Shown piece after piece: positions 9,184-19,753 of a stretch of 64,000 bases of DNA. The stretch covers positions 12,893 to 76,892 of the forward strand of contig JAIFND010000026.1 in the NCBI GenBank assembly GCA_020047915.1, read 5' to 3'. Made by a program: the position numbers and the translations under genes. The first letter of the stretch is position 1. The number at the start of each line of letters is the position of its first letter. The DNA comes from a bacterium. Lineage in GTDB: Bacteria; Planctomycetota; UBA11346. Under the pieces are notes generated by a model. The model was not told the origin of the DNA. It searched no databases and saw only the letters and a program-made list of their open reading frames with translations.

Positions 9184-9735
9184 CTAGGGCTGCAATGGGT
9201 AAGCGGATACGATGTACTCCGCATTGGCCTTCGGGAACCCCAGGTTGGTGAGGAAAGAGATGACCTCGTCTTTCTTCGGTCTAAATATAGCGATGCCTTG
9301 GTCCAATGTGCCAAAAGGAACAACCGCACCACCAATCCCCGCCAAGCCAGGATTCGCGTAGGTATGGTATGGACCATCTGCGCCAGTCGCGATCCAAACT
9401 CGAACAGGGTCCCTACCCCCAACCCCACGCTTCAGTATATCCAACAACGAGCGACCATCCCTGAGATAATCATCAAAGGTCGGATCCAATTTGTACACCG
9501 GTTGGAGACCAACAGCGGTAATGGACCGCCACTGCGGGCAAGTCATAGCCCAGGTCATGAATGCATCAGCGGCAGCGTCATCTAGTTCTAAACGTAGAAT
9601 ATCGCCAGGCCCTGTCAGTTTAGAGACCGCAGCACTTATGTGCGAATCGAGGATAAGTGCGCGATTCAGCTGATCGGACGCCCAGTCCCACCATACCTGC
9701 GTATGGGGAATATTCTTGGAGTAGATGTACTTCAT
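9184..9735 (-). CDS. Hypothetical protein, possibly an orphan immunity or accessory gene of the RHS locus
   Basis: 183 aa with intermediate to low GC. It is co-oriented and downstream of the RHS toxin and its putative immunity gene. No motif recognised. Confidence 0.35.
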   Translation of the reverse strand: MKYIYSKNIPHTQVWWDWASDQLNRALILDSHISAAVSKLTGPGDILRLELDDAAADAFMTWAMTCPQWRSITAVGLQPVYKLDPTFDDYLRDGRSLLDILKRGVGGRDPVRVWIATGADGPYHTYANPGLAGIGGAVVPFGTLDQGIAIFRPKKDEVISFLTNLGFPKANAEYIVSAYPLQP

Positions 9736-9965
9736 GGTTCGGTCCTCCTGTTGGTCCTGTGATTAGTGGAATCATGAACAAATCCGCCCTGGTGCCAGAG
9801 TTGCGGATGGCAGAATGGGTCAGCCGATCACCCACCCGCCGCAACCCGCGCCCGACCCCGCCCGCCATGCCAGATAGGGCAGACGACGGCGGGGTAGGGG
9901 GCGGATTATCGCTTAAGAATAGCGGGTGTCCTATATTGGCCACCAAGCTTTTATTGGCGCCCCTG

Positions 9966-10409
9966 TTAGGGTTTGGGGACCACAAGCGATCCGGGTTGTG
10001 CGTGTCCAGCTTCGCTCTTTACCTCAATTCTATTTTCTGCTGCCATCATTCCTTCCACTTCTCCAAAGGTCGAACCGTCTGCATGTATAGGCACAAAATA
10101 CACCAATCGAAATACCGTCTCGTCTTTTGTTACCGTTTTACCTGTTGCTATCATCAACCTGTATTCGTTAACGACACTTCCTTCTAGCGCGTCAACACGC
10201 ACCACCTTTTCATTACGAAAGCAAACCGAAACATCATTAATGGATAAGAGCGCATGAAGTGCATCGTTATACCCAAGTGTTCTGTTTTCTGTTACGTTTT
10301 TATAGCTTGAGGAAACATTACCCCCATTCTGCCCAGTTGAAACACCTCCTCTTGCGCAGCATGAGGCGAGTAATGCCGTCGTAATTAACATCATAGTGAT
10401 ATGTCTCAT
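9966..10409 (-). CDS. Putative lipoprotein, candidate immunity protein for the RHS C-terminal toxin
   Basis: The N-terminus MRHITMMLITTALLASCC has a lipobox. An RBS-like aaggga sits 7 nt upstream of this ATG. The gene lies immediately after the RHS stop and is AT-rich, around 45% GC, unlike its surroundings. Confidence 0.5.
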   Translation of the reverse strand: MRHITMMLITTALLASCCARGGVSTGQNGGNVSSSYKNVTENRTLGYNDALHALLSINDVSVCFRNEKVVRVDALEGSVVNEYRLMIATGKTVTKDETVFRLVYFVPIHADGSTFGEVEGMMAAENRIEVKSEAGHAQPGSLVVPKP

Positions 10410-10429
10410 GTTGATTCCCTTGGTATTAG

Positions 10430-13400
10430 TCATGGCCTCTTAACTTCAGGCACCGTGGAATGTTTGACCTCGCTCCACTCTCCCTCTTTGCGTTTTACAG
10501 GACCCTCGTATGCGTATGTTCCAGTATTGGGAAACCACGGGCAGATCTGCTCATTACATGTGCACGTGTGGAGAGTTCTTTGTTTTTTTACTTCTTTCGT
10601 TTGGTAATCGTAATTATATAGAATTGATGCGCCGTAGACGGAAGGCTCCTCGCCCGTAGCCACCTCCGTATAATTAAACTTGCTTGTTTCGATAATAGTT
10701 TCTATGGTTTTATCCTCGAATTTCTCCGATTTCATCCCGCCGTGATTTTTACAGAAATCGGGACAGCTATATAGTCCACTAGGGTCTACAGTATTGGGGA
10801 TAAAATATGCCCCATACAAAGAAAACCCGTCTACAAACCCAAGCGGGTCCCTGCGTATAAACCTTTCCAAACTTGGACTATACATCCGTCGCCGCGCATG
10901 GAGCAGTCCCGTCTCGGAATCGACCAAGTAACCGGTGAAGGACCTGTCAAATCCAACCGCTGACTTGCTACGAACAGCGCCACCGTCTGAGGTGATCGTC
11001 TGCCGGCCGTAGGCATCATATTTATAGCGTTCCACCACAGGCACGACGCCGTTAACCGGATCACCGGTCAGCGCAGCCACCGAGTACAAGTGGTTGTAGT
11101 GCGGATAGTAACGCTTCGTGACGCCATTCACCGTTTGCTGATAGGCCACCACTTCGTCCACATAGTCGAGGTAGGCATATTCCTTCACGCTGTTCACCGG
11201 CCTTGCGCTGGCCCCGGTCTGGGCATTGGCCCGAGCCACAAGGTTCGCGAGCCGCTGCGTGGTGTCCGCATCGAAAGGAACTGCGGTTTCGCTGCGTGCC
11301 CCTATCTCGATGAAGCAGAGCTTGGCGTGATAGGCCGAGGACAACGGAGCGATGGTCAGGACGCCGTCAGTCACGTGGACCACGACGGCAAAACCGTCGA
11401 AGTCGCCGGCTGCATAGGTGATCGCCTCAGTAGCCTCCGTCACATCATCACCGATCTGATCCCCGATCTGCAGATCGTTGGTCTGGTTCCGGCTGAGCGC
11501 GTCGCCAGCGACCACGACGACCTGATAGAAGCCGTCGGGCAGCGCGATGGACCACGAGGTGGAGTCACCCGCATCCGGCTGGGCCTGGATGAACGTGTCG
11601 AACTCGGGCAGAGGTACCGCGCCGTTGCGGACGACCGCTTGGGCCGTTGCGTCGGCTGACCAGCCGTAGGACAGACCATTCGTCCGGGTCGCGGAAGCCA
11701 CGGGGTAAGGCTTGCCTTTGTCGGCCAAGAAGCCAGCAGGTATTTGCGTGGTCGCGGGCTGGAAGTTGATGCGCGTCACGCCCGAACCGGACAGGACCCC
11801 ACCGCTGGCCGGCGTCAGGGCCTGATTGGCCAGCGTCCCGTCCGACTCGGCGCCATTGAGGGCGGCCTGGCTCGCCGGCAGCGCCGGACGGGTCAGCTCG
11901 ACCACGGTCTGGGCACCAGCCGGCAGATAGAGCGTGGTGAGACCATCCACGGTCTTGCCGATACGCCGGCCGAGAGCGTCATAACGGTATTGTGCAACCG
12001 AGCCGAAGCCGCTCTCGCTGGCAGCGCGGTTGATCAGGGCGCGGGTCAGGCGGTTCTCCGGATCCCAGGCCAGGGCCGTGCCGTGCTCGTCCTTGGTCAG
12101 GTTGCCCTGCTGGTCGTAGCTCAGGATGTTCGACCCGACCTGGATGGCCTCGTGGACAGCGGTGTTCACCCGCGTCTCCACCACACCATCGCGGATCGTC
12201 GAGTTCCAATCGCCCACCTTGGTCAAGTTCCAGGACTGCGTTGCGGCGGTACCGGCAGCCCACGAGGTCAGCCGGTCGGCGGCGTCATACTGGAAGGTCT
12301 GGCCACCACCGGCGGCGTAGGGGTTGCTCTCGCTCGCCTTGCGCCCCTCAAGGTCGTACAGGTAACCGAAGTTGGTCACGCCCGGCACCGTGATGTTGGT
12401 CACACGGTAGTCACCAGGCACATAATTCCGCGTCTCGGCCAGACCGGTCACAGGGTCACCCGATATCTGCTGCGTCAGGCGACCGGCAGCGTCGAAGGTC
12501 CGCGTCGCCACCACCGGGTGCGGGTTTGGACCGACACCCATCGTGACCTCAGCCAGTTCGTGACGCTGCGAATAGCTTCGCGCCACCACCGTCCCCGTGG
12601 GGTAGGCCTGGCTCGCTAGGGTGTTGTCGGGATTGTAGGTGTAGCCCACTGTCCAGGTCGCTGACTGCAGGACCTGGCCGCTGAGCTGCCCATCAGGCAG
12701 GGTCAGCGACTCGCTCACCAGCCGCCCGGCCGCGTCGTACCCACGATCCACCTGGCTCGCATACCGGGCGCTGTCGGCAGCGGTCAGGCGTCCAGACTGG
12801 TCGTAGGCAAAGGTATCGGGAAGGCCGTCTCCATAGTTGCGGCTCTCCAGGCGGTTCGCCAGATCGTACCCATATGCAGTGCTGGTGAACGTACCGGCAA
12901 ACGCTGGCGCGGCCGAGAAGGCGCCGGCCAGGAGACCGACGCGCCGCTCGATCAGCCGACGCGCTCCATCGTAGGTGTAGAACCGCAGGGTGCGCCCCTG
13001 CTGACCATCCGGGAAAGCCTCGGCGACCAGCAGGTTGCGGCTGTCATAGGCATATTGCGTGGTCTTGGTGGCCACTGGCGTGCCCTGTTCGTTGTCGGCA
13101 TCGCTGATCGACACGAGGTTGCCCACCGCGTCGAACGCAAAGCTCGTCGTGCCGCCCAGGCGGTCGATCAGGGTGATGCGGCGGTTATGGGAATCATACA
13201 CGCTCGTCTCCGTGGAGATGGGTGTCACCCCGTCCATGCGTATCGAACCCACCTGGTTGCCGTCGGGGTCATAGGCGAATTCCTCGGACATCGCGCCCAC
13301 ACGGGTCGTGGTCCGCGTGAACAGTCGATTGCGGCTGTCATAGGTGGCGTCCCAGCCGATGCCGAGCGCGTCGCGCTGGCTGAGTTGGTTGCCGTTGGCG

Positions 13401-16400
13401 TCGAAGGTCGCGGTCGTCACGTTGCCGAGCGCGTCCACCTGCTGGCGGACCCGGTCGGCTCCATCAGTGCGGGCGCGGGTCACATGGAGCACCGCATCGG
13501 TCTGGGTCGTTTCGACTAGGCCCCCTAGGCCCCCGACGACCGTGTCGTAGGTCGCCAGGGTGGTGTATGTCAGGGCGTTCACGCGTGCCACCGTACGCCC
13601 CAGGCCATCACGGAGTTCCGCCGTGATCTCGTCATCCTCTGCATGTTCAGTCGCACCTGGCGTGCGCACGAAGACAACCGAGCCATCGCCGCCCGCAAGG
13701 CCACCCAGGCCGAGCGTGCCGACCAGGGTCTGGACTGTGGTCAGGACTTCCAAGGTTGGAACCTGCACCTGCACACCGTCGCTCAGCACATCGTCATAGA
13801 GGTACTGGGTCGTCTCATTCTCCGCGTTGGTCACACTGACAACACGATCTTGTGCATCATAGACCGTAACCGCGGCGTTCTGGTTGGAATCCTCAACACG
13901 AGTGCGGTTGCCCTTCTTGTCGTAGGTAAAGCTAGTGATAAAGCCCGCCGCATCGATGACGCTGAGCAACCGGTCGCAGCAACCGCCGTAGCCATAGACG
14001 GTGACGCGATCCAGCGCGTCGGTCTCCGTCTTCACCTTGCGGGTCGGGGTGTAGGTCAGGAGGCGCGTGCGGACCGCACTCGCGGTCGCGTCTTCGGTCA
14101 CATCAGCCAGAAGATTGCGCCCCGTATAGGTCATGCGCGTTTCGATGCCGCGAGGGCTGGTCACGCGCGTGCGGTTGCCAGCAGCGTCATAGCCGAAACC
14201 CGTGGTCGCCGCTGCGTGGCCCACCGCCTCGGTTTGACTGATGAGTCGCCCGCGCTGGTCGTAGGCGAATGCAGTGCGATATCCCCGCCCATCGATCCGC
14301 TCGATGGCTTGGCCAGCAGCGTCGTACACCGTGTCGGTGATGACCAGATCGCTGCCTGTCGTGGACCGGGACAGCCCAGCGGCGAAGCGCGGCAGGGCCA
14401 GTTCCGGATGAGCGGTGGGATTGTCGGCCGGCACCTCGATCGACAGGTTGCTGAAGACCGCCGTCTCCGGGGTACCACCGCTGTTGCCGTTGATCGCCAG
14501 GCCGGCGCGCACGACGGTGGGCAGGTCGATTGTCACGGTGCCGTTGCTGGTCCATGTCACACCATCCGGACTCGACAGCGCCTCAATGACGTTGCCCTGG
14601 CGGCGCAGCCGCAGCCAGGTCGTGGGAACGGTCGTCGAGCCGGTCGGGCCGGTGTAGATGCCCGAGGTTGTTCCGCCGGTGGTCGCGCGGTACTGCATGA
14701 TCATGCCGTGGGTGTTGTTGGCGATGACCAGGACATTGGCCGCGTTCGCAGCGTCGCTGGCACGGATCATCAGACCCGGCTTCGACCACTCGGTGGCGTT
14801 GCTGGTGCTGTCCAGGCGCACGACCAGATCGACATCGCCGTAGGCGTTGCGGGCGTACCAGGTCCCCACATCTGACGAACCCCAGAACCATCCGCTGCCG
14901 GTCAGGGTGAAGCTGCCGTTCGGGCCAGGAGTCATGCTTGGGGCCGTCGCGGGGGTGCCCAGCGGCAGCAGGGTCATGGTGGCGTCCGCGCTCCACGAGC
15001 CCGCGATGGCGGCATCCGACAGCGGACCGGGCACCAGTTCCTGGACGCTGCGGACCGGACGGTTGCGGTCATCCTGCACGGTGATCGAGCGCCGGGCATA
15101 GGGGTCGGTGCTGACGGAGGCCGAACCCGTGGTGTCGTACACCTGGGTGCTGGTCAGCGAGCGGCCGATGGCCGGGACACGGGTGGTGTCCACGACCCGG
15201 TTGCGACTGTCGTAGGTCGTGACGGTGCGCTCACCGGCTTCCTCAATCACGGTGGGGAGGTTCGTGCCGGACAGGTAGGTCGTGGTGCGGGTAACCGCAG
15301 CAGCGGTTCCGAAGGCGCGGGTGCAGGCGATCTCGCGGCCGTCACCATCGAACGAGCAGCGTTCACGGTTGCCATTGCGGTCGGTCTTCTCAATGAGCAG
15401 ACCCGCATCAGCACCACTGCTGGCGTAGATGAAGGTCTCGGTCGAGGTATCCGGGTAGGTGATGCAGGTCAGCCGGTTCAGCGCGTCCCAGGTATAGGTC
15501 GTAGTCTGACCGTTTGCACCGATGGGCTGGATCATGGACACGCGGCGACCGCGCGCGTCATAGGTGAATGTGGTGGTCGCGCGCGGGGCGTTGGGCACGT
15601 CCAGGGCATCGGGCGGATCGGTGATGGCCACCAGGTGGCCGGCAGCGTCGTAGGCGTAGGCCGTAGTCGCGCCGGGCAACGCCGCTGTGATCATGGCCGG
15701 GTTGGTGCGCGGATCGGTCGCGGTCAGGATCTGACCGCGTGCATTGTAGCTCCAGGTCCAGGTGGCGGCTTCGGGCGTGCCAGAGCCCTCGGTGCGCGAC
15801 AGGCGATTGCCACGCTCATCGTAGGTGCTGACCGTGACGCGGCCCAACTCATCGGTCTCGACCAGGGGCTGGCCGAAGGCGTTCCAGGTGGTCGAGCGGG
15901 TCGTGCCGTCAGGGTTGGTCTGGCTGGCGATGTGATAGGTACCAGGGACAAAGACCCGCTGGGTGCGACGCCCCGCCTCATCAACCTGTGAGGTCACCTG
16001 CTTGCGAGCGTTGCGGACGGCTGAGTCGGTCACACGCCAGGTGGCGCTGCCCGTGGCGGAGATCTCGTAAACGGCATCCTCGATCAGCGGCTGATTGCCA
16101 CTGGGGCACACCAGGCGACGCCACTGGTTGCCGCCGGTGAACACATACTTGGTGTCTGCTCGTTCGGCGTCGAAACCGGCCTCAAAAGTCAACTCGCCGG
16201 CGCCATCGACCACCTTGCGGAGGAAGCCGGCAGGCTGGTTGCGGATTTCGCTGGTCGCCGGATCAACCCACACGGCATTGCCGACGAATACCGACTTGCG
16301 GCGGTGGGTGGTCCCGGCAGCCGGGTCGTCCATGTCGATGACCGTGGACTGCGAAACCGCATCCTGATGCTGGGCGAAGGTCGAGACACTAGCGTCGGGG

Positions 16401-17365
16401 TGATCCACACGGATGAGATTTCGGTCGGCATCCTGCGTGTAGGTCAGCACGCCGCCGCCGGGCACGGTGATGGTGCGGATCTTGCCGTTGGACGTGTCGA
16501 TGGTGATGGTCGCGGTGCGGCCAGCGTCATCGGTGATCGCGGTCTGGCGCCACAACACATCGCGCCAACCGGTGATCACGGCATCGCGCGGGTACTGATA
16601 GCTGACCGTGATGCCGTTGCCGTTGCGATCCTCCCAGCGCACTAGGCGACCCTGGCGATCAGCGGCCGGATCGTCGCTCGTCTGGATGATCTCGTAGATC
16701 TGCCGGTCGCCGTCAGCCTGGGTCAGGATGGCACGCACGGCCTGGTTCTGATCGACCACAAGTGCGCCTGCAGCATCAAACAGGCGCAGGTCAACGGTGA
16801 TGTTGATCTCGTCGTGATACACACCATCGACCGTTGTGTCGTCCACCTTGGAGCCAGCGTCCCAGAACCAGATTTCACCAAAAGCTTCGGGACTATAACG
16901 GATCACCCGACCCGAGCCGTCCGGGTTTGTCCGCGATAGCCACAGCATGACATCGGTGTCGAGATAGGCGCCCGATCCCAGGCTGCCGCGAATCCAGGTG
17001 TTGCGGAACTTCATCGAGCGGCGCAACGACAACGGTCGGGGAATCTGGCCGGCCTGACCGGCCAAGCTACCTCCACAGGGAGTGCAACCCGTCGAGCCGG
17101 GGTCAACGACCAGGTAGTCCCAGGCATCGTGGACATAGGTCAAGTTGAGTAGATTGATCGTCGACTTTTTCTTCTCGCACGCTTTCGTTGTGTCCTTGCC
17201 GTTTTTGCAGTCGCAGGGTGGGCAACTGGGGGTGCCGTTCAGGCATACTTTTGTCACGCCTACAACCCCCTCTAGGGCCATGATAGGATTGACCGCAGCA
17301 AGCAACACCCCAAGCATCGCCCAACGGTGGAAAGCCGCGACGGCAGAAAGGCGGGAGATGTTCAT
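10430..17365 (-). CDS. RHS/YD-repeat polymorphic toxin of 2311 aa. It has a signal peptide, dozens of YD repeats, an internal lectin/LamG-like insert, an RHS repeat-associated core and a variable Cys-rich C-terminal toxin domain.
   Basis: Many YDxxGR repeats, for example YDARGRRVSM, YDALNRLT and FAYDQRGRLISQTE. The core motif reads RRMYSPSLERFIRRDPLGFVDGFSLYGAYFIPNTVDPSGL. After it comes about 115 aa of unique C-terminus, YSCPDFCKNHGG...LHTCTCNEQICPWFP, encoded in a low-GC segment. Confidence 0.9.
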   Translation of the reverse strand: MNISRLSAVAAFHRWAMLGVLLAAVNPIMALEGVVGVTKVCLNGTPSCPPCDCKNGKDTTKACEKKKSTINLLNLTYVHDAWDYLVVDPGSTGCTPCGGSLAGQAGQIPRPLSLRRSMKFRNTWIRGSLGSGAYLDTDVMLWLSRTNPDGSGRVIRYSPEAFGEIWFWDAGSKVDDTTVDGVYHDEINITVDLRLFDAAGALVVDQNQAVRAILTQADGDRQIYEIIQTSDDPAADRQGRLVRWEDRNGNGITVSYQYPRDAVITGWRDVLWRQTAITDDAGRTATITIDTSNGKIRTITVPGGGVLTYTQDADRNLIRVDHPDASVSTFAQHQDAVSQSTVIDMDDPAAGTTHRRKSVFVGNAVWVDPATSEIRNQPAGFLRKVVDGAGELTFEAGFDAERADTKYVFTGGNQWRRLVCPSGNQPLIEDAVYEISATGSATWRVTDSAVRNARKQVTSQVDEAGRRTQRVFVPGTYHIASQTNPDGTTRSTTWNAFGQPLVETDELGRVTVSTYDERGNRLSRTEGSGTPEAATWTWSYNARGQILTATDPRTNPAMITAALPGATTAYAYDAAGHLVAITDPPDALDVPNAPRATTTFTYDARGRRVSMIQPIGANGQTTTYTWDALNRLTCITYPDTSTETFIYASSGADAGLLIEKTDRNGNRERCSFDGDGREIACTRAFGTAAAVTRTTTYLSGTNLPTVIEEAGERTVTTYDSRNRVVDTTRVPAIGRSLTSTQVYDTTGSASVSTDPYARRSITVQDDRNRPVRSVQELVPGPLSDAAIAGSWSADATMTLLPLGTPATAPSMTPGPNGSFTLTGSGWFWGSSDVGTWYARNAYGDVDLVVRLDSTSNATEWSKPGLMIRASDAANAANVLVIANNTHGMIMQYRATTGGTTSGIYTGPTGSTTVPTTWLRLRRQGNVIEALSSPDGVTWTSNGTVTIDLPTVVRAGLAINGNSGGTPETAVFSNLSIEVPADNPTAHPELALPRFAAGLSRSTTGSDLVITDTVYDAAGQAIERIDGRGYRTAFAYDQRGRLISQTEAVGHAAATTGFGYDAAGNRTRVTSPRGIETRMTYTGRNLLADVTEDATASAVRTRLLTYTPTRKVKTETDALDRVTVYGYGGCCDRLLSVIDAAGFITSFTYDKKGNRTRVEDSNQNAAVTVYDAQDRVVSVTNAENETTQYLYDDVLSDGVQVQVPTLEVLTTVQTLVGTLGLGGLAGGDGSVVFVRTPGATEHAEDDEITAELRDGLGRTVARVNALTYTTLATYDTVVGGLGGLVETTQTDAVLHVTRARTDGADRVRQQVDALGNVTTATFDANGNQLSQRDALGIGWDATYDSRNRLFTRTTTRVGAMSEEFAYDPDGNQVGSIRMDGVTPISTETSVYDSHNRRITLIDRLGGTTSFAFDAVGNLVSISDADNEQGTPVATKTTQYAYDSRNLLVAEAFPDGQQGRTLRFYTYDGARRLIERRVGLLAGAFSAAPAFAGTFTSTAYGYDLANRLESRNYGDGLPDTFAYDQSGRLTAADSARYASQVDRGYDAAGRLVSESLTLPDGQLSGQVLQSATWTVGYTYNPDNTLASQAYPTGTVVARSYSQRHELAEVTMGVGPNPHPVVATRTFDAAGRLTQQISGDPVTGLAETRNYVPGDYRVTNITVPGVTNFGYLYDLEGRKASESNPYAAGGGQTFQYDAADRLTSWAAGTAATQSWNLTKVGDWNSTIRDGVVETRVNTAVHEAIQVGSNILSYDQQGNLTKDEHGTALAWDPENRLTRALINRAASESGFGSVAQYRYDALGRRIGKTVDGLTTLYLPAGAQTVVELTRPALPASQAALNGAESDGTLANQALTPASGGVLSGSGVTRINFQPATTQIPAGFLADKGKPYPVASATRTNGLSYGWSADATAQAVVRNGAVPLPEFDTFIQAQPDAGDSTSWSIALPDGFYQVVVVAGDALSRNQTNDLQIGDQIGDDVTEATEAITYAAGDFDGFAVVVHVTDGVLTIAPLSSAYHAKLCFIEIGARSETAVPFDADTTQRLANLVARANAQTGASARPVNSVKEYAYLDYVDEVVAYQQTVNGVTKRYYPHYNHLYSVAALTGDPVNGVVPVVERYKYDAYGRQTITSDGGAVRSKSAVGFDRSFTGYLVDSETGLLHARRRMYSPSLERFIRRDPLGFVDGFSLYGAYFIPNTVDPSGLYSCPDFCKNHGGMKSEKFEDKTIETIIETSKFNYTEVATGEEPSVYGASILYNYDYQTKEVKKQRTLHTCTCNEQICPWFPNTGTYAYEGPVKRKEGEWSEVKHSTVPEVKRP

Positions 17366-18147
17366 GGGGTGTGTGCCCTGGAGATCGTGATCGTGACACG
17401 CTGGACGCCGGTGCAGACCGGCGAGGCGATGGAGATGTGGGCGTCGTCAGTCGCGCCCGCTTCGGGGATGTAGGTGGCGCTGGCCCAGCCAGCGGCGTCG
17501 GCCTGAACGCTGATCGCGCCCAGGCCGTTATCAGCCTTGGCCAGGTCGCCGCAGTAGAACGACACCGGGACACCTGGGCGAGCCAGCACGCGCATGGTCA
17601 CCGCCTGCCCGGACGTGGCGGGGCGTAGCCCAGGACCATTCAGTTCCAGGGGCGGGGCGTCAGGGGCCGGACCAGCATCGCGCAGCGCTCGGGCCGGGAC
17701 AGCCTCGGACAGGTACACCCCAGGATCGGCGGCATAGGCCGCGGGGTCAAAGGGGGGAATACTGGCCAGCGGGGTCAGGAAGCGATCTGGGCCACCAGCC
17801 TTGGCAGCTGCCACAACCTGGGCGCGGGAACGCTGGGCGCGCTCCGCACGATCCGTAGCCGCGTCCGGCAGGATGGCCACCGGGAGAGGCGTCCGGGCGG
17901 CACGACGTACGGGTGCCGGCGCGGGCTGGGGAGATGCACGAGCGCCTTCCGGAGCCGTCACCGGACCCGGAACGACCTGGGCCGGTACCACTGCGGGTTG
18001 GGGGGAGGATGCCGCGGCCTCTGGTGTCTGCGATCCCTGCCGAGGGCCGGCGCACCCCAGCAGGGCCAGGCTCAGGACGGCACATCCAGCAGCGTGGCGG
18101 ATTACGGACCGCGAGAAGGACACGGGCGGATGAAGCACGGTGGGCAT
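17362..18147 (-). CDS. Putative lipoprotein immediately upstream of the RHS gene and overlapping its start
   Basis: A likely start within the track ORF 17362..18381 gives a signal peptide ...AVLSLALLGCAGP with lipobox LLGC. Pro/Ala-rich. Function unknown. Confidence 0.4.
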   Translation of the reverse strand: MPTVLHPPVSFSRSVIRHAAGCAVLSLALLGCAGPRQGSQTPEAAASSPQPAVVPAQVVPGPVTAPEGARASPQPAPAPVRRAARTPLPVAILPDAATDRAERAQRSRAQVVAAAKAGGPDRFLTPLASIPPFDPAAYAADPGVYLSEAVPARALRDAGPAPDAPPLELNGPGLRPATSGQAVTMRVLARPGVPVSFYCGDLAKADNGLGAISVQADAAGWASATYIPEAGATDDAHISIASPVCTGVQRVTITISRAHTP

Positions 18148-18470
18148 AGCCGATGGCGCGGAAGGGTATGCGGGCCTGCCGATGGCGCATCGGCATTTCC
18201 CCGGGTCAAGACCCAGGGCTGGGCGACATGACAGGGCGCCGGGAAACGGTGACAGCAGGCTCGACAGCGGCACATGATGGGCGGGGCTGCAGGCGGGTGC
18301 GTATGGCACGGAAACATCGAGAGTTGAGCACGATGCCGGCTCCGGGCCACGGGTCTCGCAGGAAAGAGGTCGGCGCATCATGGGAAGCAGAGACGGTACG
18401 CAGTCGGCCTTGGCGCCCAGGTTGCATTTGCGTCACGAAGGAAGGTTTTTGCGCAAAGCAACGGCCCTGC

Positions 18471-19736
18471 ATGACTGCCCTTGACGCGAGGCCGGCGATG
18501 GCATGTCCTGCCTCTGTGCCGCTCGTCCTCCTCGCCCTCATGGTCTGCGTACTCCGGGCCGCCGATGCGCCCTGCCTGAGTCCCGCATTGCAGCGCCTTG
18601 ACCTTGCGCCTACGGCCAGCGCCATCGTGGTGTTTGACCTCCAGGGTGGTCCGGGCGGCATCGCCACCCACGCCACCACGGATTGCTCCTGCGTTACCCT
18701 GCTGACCCCATTGCCGCTGCGTCTGGATTTCATCGGACGAGGAACCTTGGCATTTCGCGTCACTGGCCTACGCCCCGGCGTCGAGGACATCCTGGTCGCG
18801 ACCAGTGCTGGCATCGCTCGCGCCCAGATCCAGATCGTCGGGCCGGGGGCTGGACGGGGGCGGGATCAACTGACTACGGCATTGGAGACAGCGAAAACCA
18901 AGAGCTTGGTGGTCTGGGGCGTCGTTCATGACCTCTCCGGCGCGATTCGGCAATGCGGGTGCAGTGCTGGAGCCCTCGGCGGCATCGACCGGTTGGCCGC
19001 ACTGCCAGGCCTGTCACTTAACCTTGCCCCCAGCGTGGCCACGCGCTGGATCCTGAGCGGCGACTGCGATGGTAAGCATCCCGGCGTCGGCACAGCGCTG
19101 TCCGCGTATGGCTGGTCAACCGGCGTGCCCGAAGTCCACGTCAGTGCCGACCCCCTGCCGCTGCTCGGCCAGCCAGGAATCACCGCGATCATCCCGACCG
19201 TGCCCGTGCCCGTGCAGCATCGCCGCATCGTGCGTCCGATACTGACCGGCGGCCTGGTCGTCGAACTGCTGCTGGTCGATGCCCAGGGCCAGATCCAGGA
19301 GCGGCGCACTGCCCCGGCCGATGACTCGCTGCCGGCCGAGCCCGCTATCCTTGCCCAGTTCCCCGACCGCCTGACCAGCACGCTCGACCACACCGCCCAG
19401 CCAGCCACTGCCTGCGCCGGTTGCCACTCCACGGCCTACGCCGCGTGGCAGCGCACGACACATGCCCGGGCCCTCGACAGCCTGAAGCCCGCCGACCGCA
19501 CGGACGCCTGCGTTGTCTGCCACACCACCGCGATCGCGGAACGGGTGCTGGCCCCGGCTGTGAACTGCCAGAGCTGCCACACCGGGTCGGGGCCGCATGT
19601 CGCCAGTGGTGGCGCCGTCAGGACCATCGGCGCGGTGAACTGCCGCTCGTGCCACGACGCCAAGCACCACCCGGCGTTCCAGCGCGAGCCGGGGTGGAAG
19701 CTGATTGAGCATGGGCTGGAGACGGGCTCCAGATAG
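18471..19736 (+). CDS. Multiheme c-type cytochrome with four CxxCH motifs
   Basis: CAGCH, CVVCH, CQSCH and CRSCH are clustered in the C-terminal 100 aa. There is an N-terminal signal-like segment MTALDARPAMACPASVPLVLLALMVCVL. The N-terminal roughly 300 aa are unassigned. Confidence 0.6.
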   Translation: MTALDARPAMACPASVPLVLLALMVCVLRAADAPCLSPALQRLDLAPTASAIVVFDLQGGPGGIATHATTDCSCVTLLTPLPLRLDFIGRGTLAFRVTGLRPGVEDILVATSAGIARAQIQIVGPGAGRGRDQLTTALETAKTKSLVVWGVVHDLSGAIRQCGCSAGALGGIDRLAALPGLSLNLAPSVATRWILSGDCDGKHPGVGTALSAYGWSTGVPEVHVSADPLPLLGQPGITAIIPTVPVPVQHRRIVRPILTGGLVVELLLVDAQGQIQERRTAPADDSLPAEPAILAQFPDRLTSTLDHTAQPATACAGCHSTAYAAWQRTTHARALDSLKPADRTDACVVCHTTAIAERVLAPAVNCQSCHTGSGPHVASGGAVRTIGAVNCRSCHDAKHHPAFQREPGWKLIEHGLETGSR

Positions 19737-19753
19737 TTCGCAGCCCACGTTGG

